Positions 39,086 to 46,470 of a stretch of DNA of 64,000 bases are shown in pieces. Position 1 is the stretch's first letter; each line of letters starts with the position of its first letter. Source of the stretch: Nibricoccus sp. (lineage in GTDB: Bacteria; Verrucomicrobiota; Verrucomicrobiia; Opitutales; Opitutaceae). Made by a program: the position numbers and the translations under genes. The notes below the pieces were generated by a model that saw only the letters and a list, made by a program, of their open reading frames with translations, searched no databases and had not been told where the DNA came from. The stretch spans positions 4,864,001 through 4,928,000 of the forward strand of contig JASGHG010000001.1 of the NCBI GenBank assembly GCA_047602425.1, given 5' to 3'.

Positions 39086-40423
39086 ATGCCCCAACTCCGC
39101 AAACTCTGTCTTGGCCTCGCCGCCGTCACATTTCTCGTTCTCCTGGTCGGCCTCTTCTTCAACCAATCGAACTTTTGGCAACCAGCGGCTGTAATAGCAG
39201 CGGTTGGGCTTGCAATTGGTCTGGGTGCAGTGCCTTCGCTCAAAGGCTATCAATTCACCGCGTGGATCGCCGCCGCGGTTGTTGCCGCGATGATTTATCC
39301 CTCGGGATTCCAGCGCTGGGGCAGCTTCGATCTACGCAATAAATGGCTCATTCTTCTGGTTGTGCAGATGGTGATGTTCGGCATGGGCACGCAAATGAGC
39401 CTGCGTGATTTTGCCGGGATCGTTAAAACGCCGCGCGGCGTGCTGGTTGGTATCATCTGCCATTTCACTGTCATGCCTTTCGTCGGCCTTGCCCTCACTA
39501 AAATCTTCCACTTCGAACCCGAAATCGCCGCCGGCATCATTCTCATCGGTTCCTGTTCCAGCGGACTTGCCTCGAACGTCATGGCCTATATCGCCAAGTC
39601 GAACCTTGTGCTATCGGTTACCGTGACGGCCATCACCACCATGGTCGCTCCGCTCATGACTCCGCTGCTCATGAAGCTTCTCGCTGGCACCATGGTCGAA
39701 GTGAAGTTCTTCAACATGATGATGGAGATCATCAAAATCGTTCTCGTGCCAATCGGCGCTGCGCTGTTGCATGATTATCTCAAAACGGCCACGCTTCGCG
39801 GCCGCCGGGTAACGATGGTCATTGGTTTCTTGAGCGCCCTTTGGTTATTGGCTCTGCCACTTGGCAGTTGGTCTTGGTTCGCCGCCCACGTTGATCTTGA
39901 ACCGCTTCACTGGATTGGAGCTTTTGGATTTTTCCTCGCCGCCGTCGTATTCGGCCTCGTTTATCACACCGCCACACGATTGATCCCGAAACTCGATCAG
40001 TGGACGCCACTGGCTTCGATGTTCGGTATTGTCTATTTCACTACAGTAACAACCGCCGCAGGACGCGATAACCTCCTCAAAATCGGCGGACTGCTTTTCC
40101 TGGCCGCCGCCATTCACAATGCCGCCGGTTACTTTTTCGGCTACTGGCTGAGCCGCGGTGCCGGGCTCGACAAAAACTCCGCCCGCTCCGTCGCTTTCGA
40201 AGTCGGCCTGCAAAACGGCGGCATGGCCTCCGGCCTCGCCGGCGGCATGGGCAAACTCGCCACCGTCGGCCTCGCCGCCGCCATCTTCAGCCCGTGGATG
40301 AACATCTCCGGCTCCATCCTCGCGAACTATTGGCGCCGCAAGCCCGCCGACGACTCCACCACGCCACCATCGGACTCCTTGCCAAAACCCGTCGCCGAAC
40401 CGCATAGTTCTCCGGTTCGTTAA
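39086..40423 (+). CDS. Bile acid:sodium symporter (BASS/SBF) family transporter
   Basis: MFGMGTQMSLRDF, GIILIGSCSSGLASNVMAY, AFEVGLQNGGMA, FSPWMNISGSILA. Confidence 0.92.
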   Translation: MPQLRKLCLGLAAVTFLVLLVGLFFNQSNFWQPAAVIAAVGLAIGLGAVPSLKGYQFTAWIAAAVVAAMIYPSGFQRWGSFDLRNKWLILLVVQMVMFGMGTQMSLRDFAGIVKTPRGVLVGIICHFTVMPFVGLALTKIFHFEPEIAAGIILIGSCSSGLASNVMAYIAKSNLVLSVTVTAITTMVAPLMTPLLMKLLAGTMVEVKFFNMMMEIIKIVLVPIGAALLHDYLKTATLRGRRVTMVIGFLSALWLLALPLGSWSWFAAHVDLEPLHWIGAFGFFLAAVVFGLVYHTATRLIPKLDQWTPLASMFGIVYFTTVTTAAGRDNLLKIGGLLFLAAAIHNAAGYFFGYWLSRGAGLDKNSARSVAFEVGLQNGGMASGLAGGMGKLATVGLAAAIFSPWMNISGSILANYWRRKPADDSTTPPSDSLPKPVAEPHSSPVR

Positions 40424-40437
40424 TTCCAGCCGAACTC

Positions 40438-41622
40438 ATGCCTCGCGGGTTAAAAATCATTCTGGCGGTGTCCCTGCTAGCCAATCTCGGGCTTGCCGCT
40501 GTCTACTTTCATGCCCGCCACGCCCCATCTCTGGTTTCATCCCGCACGACAACCATCAATCACGCCCAAACAACCCCGCTCGCCTCCAACTGGCAGGCCC
40601 TCGCCGCCGCCACCGCCAGCGATGATCAAGCTTACGTTGCACGCCTCCGCGCCGAGGGTTTTCCGGCCAACGTTCTCCGTGCCTTTATGAAGGCAGAGCT
40701 TGCCGAGCGTTTTGCCGAACAGCGCCGCATCGCCAGAAAGGCCACTGGCAAGGACGACTACTGGCGCGACTACAATGCTCGATACCGCGCCAATCCCGAG
40801 GCCCAAGCCGCGCTCCGAGCTCTCGACCGTCAACAGGACGAACTCCTCCACCGGCTCCTCGGTCCCGATGCACTCAGCCCGCTTGAGACCGCCCGCCGCA
40901 TCCGTCGATTTGGCAATTTATCCGCCGATAAGCTCCACCAGCTTCAGCTCTTGAGTCAGGATTATAACGATATGTCCCAGCAAATCCGCCAAACAGCCGG
41001 CACCCTGCAACTGAAGGAGGATAAAGATGAAATCGAGTACCTTTACAAAGAACGCGATGCCGACATCGCCGCCCTCCTCGCCCCCGACGAACTCATTGCA
41101 TATCAGCTGCGCGAAAGCCCGACGGCTTTCAACCTCCAGTGGAAAATCCGCGCGTTCGATGCCACCGAGCAGGAGTATGAAACCCTCTACTCCCTCCAAA
41201 AATCCTACGAGGACCAAAACAAGACAGCCAATCCCGAGGAAAGGAAAAAGGCCGAGCAATTGCTGATACAAAGCATCGAGGCAGCCCTCGGCTCCGAACG
41301 CTACACCGAGTACAAGATCACCACCGACGGTTCCTTCGTTGGCGTTGTCGAGGTCACCAACAATCAGGGACTACCTCCTGCCATCGCCAAAGAAGCCGTC
41401 GCCTACAAACTCGACGTCATCCAGCGCTGGACAGCGATCAAACAGGACCCCGTGCTCACGCAGGCCGACCGCGATGCCAAAATCGCCGCGCTCGTCGCCG
41501 AAGCCAAAGCCGCGCTCAGTCAAAAACTCGGCCCCGCTGGCTTCACTGAATACTGCAAAAACAACAACATCAGCTCGTGGATCGACAACGTTGCGAAATC
41601 CACCGGCCCGTCCAAGCCATGA
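40438..41622 (+). CDS. Membrane-anchored helical hypothetical protein (paralog A)
   Basis: 394 aa; ILAVSLLANLGL anchor; ALLAPDELIAYQLRESPTA..FDATEQEY..ALGSERYTEY. Confidence 0.85.
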   Translation: MPRGLKIILAVSLLANLGLAAVYFHARHAPSLVSSRTTTINHAQTTPLASNWQALAAATASDDQAYVARLRAEGFPANVLRAFMKAELAERFAEQRRIARKATGKDDYWRDYNARYRANPEAQAALRALDRQQDELLHRLLGPDALSPLETARRIRRFGNLSADKLHQLQLLSQDYNDMSQQIRQTAGTLQLKEDKDEIEYLYKERDADIAALLAPDELIAYQLRESPTAFNLQWKIRAFDATEQEYETLYSLQKSYEDQNKTANPEERKKAEQLLIQSIEAALGSERYTEYKITTDGSFVGVVEVTNNQGLPPAIAKEAVAYKLDVIQRWTAIKQDPVLTQADRDAKIAALVAEAKAALSQKLGPAGFTEYCKNNNISSWIDNVAKSTGPSKP

Positions 41623-42857
41623 AAGCGATCGCCTACAGCCTCCTTTGTGCCTCGCTTGGACTTAATATCCTATTCGGCTCCGTCATCCTTCGCAGAAATT
41701 CGTCCTCGACTACAACTACCACACAGCACCAATCTTCACCTCAGCCTTTCCGCTTGGAGCCCCCTCCTTCGGCATCCCCAATCTCATCCACACGTCCCCT
41801 CTGGCAGCTCCTCGGCTCCGACGACCTCCCTCAACTCGTTGCAAATCTGCGAGTAGCGGGCCTCCCACCCCGCAAGATCGCATACATCGTTCTACATTTG
41901 CTTCGGGAAAAATACGCAGCACTCCAGGACGAGAATGACGTTGGCAAAGAACCTCCGCCCTACTGGCGCAATTCCGACATCATCTCTGACAATAGTTATA
42001 ACAATCGCCAAAAGCGTGCCCGCCGCGAAGACCTGTGGCAGCAAAATCGCACCGAGGAAGCCCAGCTTCTCGGCGATGATCGTTGGCTCGCGGAGGGAAT
42101 TCCTCTCATCGATCACATCCGCCAGGCCAATGGGAATATTCTTTCCAATAAAAAACTCTCCGCGCTCGCTGAGCTTGAATCCGAATACTCAATATTGACC
42201 CGCCCGCTGGATCTCAACTCCAGCGACCCAGCCACCCGCGAGAAATTAAAACTGCTCGAAAAGGAGTTCAAGAAGGACGTCGCTCTCATCCTGACTCCTG
42301 AGGAAATGCTGGAGCGCGATCTCCGCTACAGCAACGCCGCCGGCCTGCTTCAGAACCGTTGCAACTATTTTGTCGCCACCGAGGCAGAATACCGCGCACT
42401 TTTCCCAATCTACCAGCAAATCGACCAAGCCGCGCCATACTCCGACTGGGACCAGGTCGACGAAAAAACAAAGTCCGCCCGCAAGGAAGCCGAAACCCGC
42501 GCCCAGGCCCAAATCGAGGCGATCCTCGGCCCGGCTCGCTACGCTGAATTCAAGCAAGCCAATGACGAAACGGCACGAAAGGAAAACCAGCTCGTTACCC
42601 GCCTTGGCCTTCCATTGGCATCCGCTGCTCAGCTCGTCTCGATCAAAGCCGATATTTTGTCCCGTGCCGAACAAGTGCGCAAGGACAACGCAAACAATCC
42701 AGCTGAACGCTCCTCCCGCCTTGCCGCACTTCGCACCGAGGCCGAATCCCGGATCTCCGCCACTCTCGGAGCCGCTGGCCTCACCGCCTACCGGGAACAT
42801 GCCGGCGGATGGTTAAAAATTGCGCAAGAATCCGGTCCGAAAAATACTTCTCCATGA
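41619..42857 (+). CDS. Membrane-anchored helical hypothetical protein (paralog B)
   Basis: LLCASLGLNILF anchor; LILTPEEMLERDLRYSNAA..FVATEAEY..ILGPARYAEF; ATGA overlaps at both ends. Confidence 0.85.
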   Translation: MKAIAYSLLCASLGLNILFGSVILRRNSSSTTTTTQHQSSPQPFRLEPPPSASPISSTRPLWQLLGSDDLPQLVANLRVAGLPPRKIAYIVLHLLREKYAALQDENDVGKEPPPYWRNSDIISDNSYNNRQKRARREDLWQQNRTEEAQLLGDDRWLAEGIPLIDHIRQANGNILSNKKLSALAELESEYSILTRPLDLNSSDPATREKLKLLEKEFKKDVALILTPEEMLERDLRYSNAAGLLQNRCNYFVATEAEYRALFPIYQQIDQAAPYSDWDQVDEKTKSARKEAETRAQAQIEAILGPARYAEFKQANDETARKENQLVTRLGLPLASAAQLVSIKADILSRAEQVRKDNANNPAERSSRLAALRTEAESRISATLGAAGLTAYREHAGGWLKIAQESGPKNTSP

Positions 42858-44233
42858 TCGACGAACTCAAACGCCTGCTGGGCGAAAAAAACGTCCTCAC
42901 TTCCGCCGAGGATATCATCCCCTACGGCTTCGATGGCACCGCGACGTTGAAACAGCGTCCCCTCGCCGTCGTTTTTCCCGCCAACACCGCCGAAGTTGTC
43001 GCCGTCGTCAAACTCGCCCGTTCACACAAAACGCCCATCGTTACGCGCGGCAACGGCACTGGCCTCAGCGGCGGCAGCGTGCCTGTCGCCGGCGGCATCG
43101 TTCTTTGCCTCATACGACTGGATAAGGTTATCGAACTCGACCTCGCCAATCTCACGCTCACCGCCGAAGCCGGTGTCGTGACCCAAAAAATCTACGAAAC
43201 CGCCGAGGCCGCGGGACTTTTTTATCCGCCCGATCCCGGCTCGATGAAAATCAGTACGATCGGTGGCAACGTCGCTGAAAACTCCGGCGGCCTGCGCGGC
43301 CTGAAATACGGCGTCACCCGCGACTACGTAATGGGTCTTGAAGTGGTTCTGGCCGACGGTACGGTTTGCTGGCTCGGCAGCAAATGCGTGAAAGACGTCG
43401 CCGGCTACAACCTCCGCGACCTCTTCATCGGCAGCGAAGGCACGCTTGGCATCATCACAAAAGTTCTACTCAAGCTCCTACCCAAACCCGCCGCGCGCCA
43501 GACCCTGCTCGCCACCTTCGCCGCGATGGACACCGCCGCTGCCACCGTCTCCGCTATCATCGCGGCGAAAATCATTCCATGCACGCTGGAGTTTCTCGAC
43601 CGCCGCACGCTCCAATGCGTCGAAGATTTCGCCAAAGTTGGACTTCCACGTGATGCTGAAGCTGTGCTCCTCATTGAGACAGACGGACACCCCGCCGCAG
43701 TCACCGAGGAAGCCGCCAAGATCGAGGAAATCCTCCACACCCACGGTGCCAAGACCGTCGCCCGTGCCGCCAACGCTGAGGAAGCCACGCGCCTCGCCAC
43801 CGCCCGCCGCAGCGCTTTTTCGGCTCTCGCGCGGCTACGCCCTACGACGATCCTCGAAGACATCACCGTGCCGCGCAGCAAACTCGCCGAGATGATCCGT
43901 CTCGTCAGCGAAGTCGCAACCAAGCACAACCTCCAGATCGCCACCTTCGGCCACTTCGGCGACGGAAACCTACACCCCACGATCCTCACCGACGAACGCG
44001 ACACCGCCGAAATGCACCGCGTCGAAGAGGCCTTGAAGGATATCTTCAACCATGCCCTCGCCCTCGGCGGCACCATCACCGGCGAACACGGCGTCGGCCT
44101 CGCGAAAAAAGCGTTCCTCAAGCAACAACTCGGTGACAGCAGCTACGCGTTGCTTCAACAAATCAAACGCACGCTCGATCCGGCGAACCTGCTAAATCCT
44201 GGGAAGATTTTAACCACAGATCACACGGATTAA
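42854..44233 (+). CDS. glcD: FAD-linked glycolate/lactate oxidase subunit
   Basis: RGNGTGLSGG, FYPPDPGS..STIGGNVAENSGG..LKYGVTRDYV, GSEGTLG, GHFGDGNLHP, GTITGEHGVG, LNPGKI. Confidence 0.9.
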   Translation: MIDELKRLLGEKNVLTSAEDIIPYGFDGTATLKQRPLAVVFPANTAEVVAVVKLARSHKTPIVTRGNGTGLSGGSVPVAGGIVLCLIRLDKVIELDLANLTLTAEAGVVTQKIYETAEAAGLFYPPDPGSMKISTIGGNVAENSGGLRGLKYGVTRDYVMGLEVVLADGTVCWLGSKCVKDVAGYNLRDLFIGSEGTLGIITKVLLKLLPKPAARQTLLATFAAMDTAAATVSAIIAAKIIPCTLEFLDRRTLQCVEDFAKVGLPRDAEAVLLIETDGHPAAVTEEAAKIEEILHTHGAKTVARAANAEEATRLATARRSAFSALARLRPTTILEDITVPRSKLAEMIRLVSEVATKHNLQIATFGHFGDGNLHPTILTDERDTAEMHRVEEALKDIFNHALALGGTITGEHGVGLAKKAFLKQQLGDSSYALLQQIKRTLDPANLLNPGKILTTDHTD

Positions 44234-44399
44234 CACGGATAAATCCTCATACTTCCTTGGCTGAAACTCTCTTCATAAAACAACTCTGCCGAATACAAGA
44301 ACCTCCTTCCAACAGCCGGATCTTCGTTTCCTTCGTTACCTTCTGTAAAATGGTTTCAGGTTCCGAATCCGTGCCCATCCGTAAAATCCGTGGTTAAAA
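44208..44399. repeat. Inverted-repeat element of cacggat units spanning the glcD-glcF junction
   Basis: Left ttttaaccacagatcacacggattaacacggat (44208-44240); right atccgtgcccatccgtaaaatccgtggttaaaa (44367-44399); internal cttcgtttccttcgttaccttctgt repeat. Confidence 0.85.
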
Positions 44400-45796
44400 A
44401 TTCTCTTCAGACACTCGATTATTCAGTGCTTCAGCAATGCATGCACTGCGGCATGTGTCTGCCCAGTTGCCCGACCTTTGCCGAGACCGGACGCGACCGA
44501 AATTCCCCGCGCGGTCGCATCGCCCTTATGCGCGCCGTGGCGGACGGCGAACTGCCTTTCAGCCGCAATTTCGCAGAAGAGATGAGCTACTGCCTTGGTT
44601 GCCTCGCGTGCACCACAGCCTGCCCTGCCGGTGTCGACTACGCTCATCTGCTGGAGACCGCCCGTTCCGAAGCCGAACAACGCGGCCTGCTCCAAACTCC
44701 GACACGCCGCTTCATCCGCTGGTTCACGATGCGTTTCCTGTTTGTGCACCCGCGCGCCATGCGCACCGTCGGCCGTCTGCTTTGGTTGTACCAAACTCTC
44801 GGGCTGCAAACGCTGGCACGCAGGCTGAAACTCACCGCATTGCTCCCACGCCGAATCCGCGAACTCGAACCTGCCACGCCAGAAATTCGCCCTCCGTTTT
44901 CTGACGCGCTCATCGCCAAAGTCGAACCTTCCCGTAGAGCTAAACGTTATCGCGTCGCCCTGCTCACTGGCTGTGTATCCGACTTGATCCTGGCCGAAGT
45001 CAACCGTGCCACCGTCGACGTGCTGATCGAAAACGGCTGCGAGGTCTTCACACCACGCAACCAACACTGCTGCGGCTCGCTCCACGAGCATAACGGTGAC
45101 CTCGGCACCGCCCGCCGCCTCGCCCGCATTCAGCTCGACACAATTGATCCATTTTCCGTTGACGCGATCATCAGCAACGCCGGCGGCTGCGGCTCGCATC
45201 TCAAGCATTACGACCGGCTCCTCGCCGACGATCCGGCTTACGCCGCTCGCGCCCTTGAGTGGACACGCAAGACCCGCGATATCTCGGAATGGCTCGTCGA
45301 AATTGGCTTCCGGAAACCGTCAGAAGAACGCTCCACACTCAACATTCAACGCTCAACGCTCAATGAGACGAGCGGCTCCCCCTTGAGCGTTCAGCGTTCA
45401 ACGTTAAACATTGAACGTTCCGCGCCGAAGGCGCGGCCGCTTCTCACTTATCACGAGTCCTGCCATCTCGCTCACGGACAGAAAATCTCCTCCGCTCCCC
45501 GCGCCATCTTGCGTTCGCTTCCCGACTACGAGTTTCGCGAACTCGCCGAAGCCACGTGGTGCTGCGGCAGCGCCGGGATCTATAACATCACGCAACCGGC
45601 AACCGCCACGTGGCTCCAGCAACGCAAAGTCGGCCACCTCCGCGCGACGAATGCAACGGTCGTTGCCATCGCCAACCCAGGCTGCCACCTGCAAATCTTG
45701 AACGGCCTCCGCGCCGCCGGCCTAGACGCTGTCCGCGTGGTACATCCCATCGTGCTCCTCGCAGAAGCCTACAAAGATAAAGCGCCTCTCGACTAA
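44390..45796 (+). CDS. glcF: Glycolate oxidase iron-sulfur subunit
   Basis: CMHCGMCLPSCP and CLGCLACTTACP ferredoxin motifs, SPRGRI, two CCG domains (HCCGSLH; YHESCHL..WCCGSAGIYN..ANPGCHLQI). Confidence 0.9.
   Translation: MVKNSLQTLDYSVLQQCMHCGMCLPSCPTFAETGRDRNSPRGRIALMRAVADGELPFSRNFAEEMSYCLGCLACTTACPAGVDYAHLLETARSEAEQRGLLQTPTRRFIRWFTMRFLFVHPRAMRTVGRLLWLYQTLGLQTLARRLKLTALLPRRIRELEPATPEIRPPFSDALIAKVEPSRRAKRYRVALLTGCVSDLILAEVNRATVDVLIENGCEVFTPRNQHCCGSLHEHNGDLGTARRLARIQLDTIDPFSVDAIISNAGGCGSHLKHYDRLLADDPAYAARALEWTRKTRDISEWLVEIGFRKPSEERSTLNIQRSTLNETSGSPLSVQRSTLNIERSAPKARPLLTYHESCHLAHGQKISSAPRAILRSLPDYEFRELAEATWCCGSAGIYNITQPATATWLQQRKVGHLRATNATVVAIANPGCHLQILNGLRAAGLDAVRVVHPIVLLAEAYKDKAPLD
45326..45420. 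repeat. Heptamer-based palindromic element lying in frame within glcF
   Basis: 38-bp arms 45326-45363 and 45383-45420, 29/38 complementary by my count; read as ERSTLNIQRSTLNETSGSPLSVQRSTLNIERS. Confidence 0.85.
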
Positions 45797-45854
45797 TCTC
45801 ACGTCTACGTATCTTCAGCACATTCCAATAAATACGTCTGAAACGTATTTAAGG

Positions 45855-45883
45855 TGTAAACAGATTGAGGCGTCTCCGCGTTT
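45855..45883 (+). promoter_or_regulatory. Putative ECF-type (autoregulatory) promoter
   Basis: TGTAAAC-N17-CGTTT about 33 nt upstream of the ECF sigma start; fits the general AAC-N16/17-CGT ECF pattern. Confidence 0.45.
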
Positions 45884-45915
45884 CCCTGCTAGCAATCCGC
45901 TTTACCTAATGCCCT

Positions 45916-46467
45916 ATGCCGCCGGATGACTTTTCACGATGGATCGCACCCGTCCAATCACGCATGATCAATTGCACCTGGAGGATCGTACGCTGTGCGG
46001 CCGATACAGACGACGTCATTCAGGAAGTATTACTACATGTTTTCCGGCGATTCGACGAAGTGCGCGCCCATCCGAATCCCACGGCGCTACTACTTCGCAT
46101 TTGCACTCAAAAATCGCTCGATCATTTGCGTCGCGGAAAAGCGCGTGGCGGACCGCCTGGTACACTCTCGCCCAATATTTCGGAAAAAACACCTTCGCCT
46201 CATCAGCAACTGGCCAATGCAGAGCTTCGCGATCAACTTATCGCGTTTATCGGTCAATTGCCGCCGCGCGAAGCCGAAGCCATCACCTTATTTGCCCTCG
46301 AGGATCTCGGGTATCCAGACGTGGCGGAAGCAATGAATTGCAGCGAGCCGACAGTGCGGGTTCTCGTCAGCCGTGCGCGCGAAAGATTCCGCACGGAGTT
46401 TAAAAACAAGCGTTCAATCACGAGCGAGCGCGATCTGACCTCTCCGTTAAAATTTCAAAAGGATTGA
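45916..46467 (+). CDS. ECF sigma-70 factor
   Basis: DTDDVIQEV, ICTQKSLDHLRR, LPPREAEAITLFALEDLGYPDVAEAMNCSEPTVRVLVSRARERF. Confidence 0.92.
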   Translation: MPPDDFSRWIAPVQSRMINCTWRIVRCAADTDDVIQEVLLHVFRRFDEVRAHPNPTALLLRICTQKSLDHLRRGKARGGPPGTLSPNISEKTPSPHQQLANAELRDQLIAFIGQLPPREAEAITLFALEDLGYPDVAEAMNCSEPTVRVLVSRARERFRTEFKNKRSITSERDLTSPLKFQKD

Positions 46468-46470
46468 GCT

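Noticed and set aside
38082..45420. CRISPR array or IS ends among the repeats
   Set aside because: Units are 7-9-bp periodic or inverted, with no constant repeat plus unique spacers, no cas genes and no transposase.
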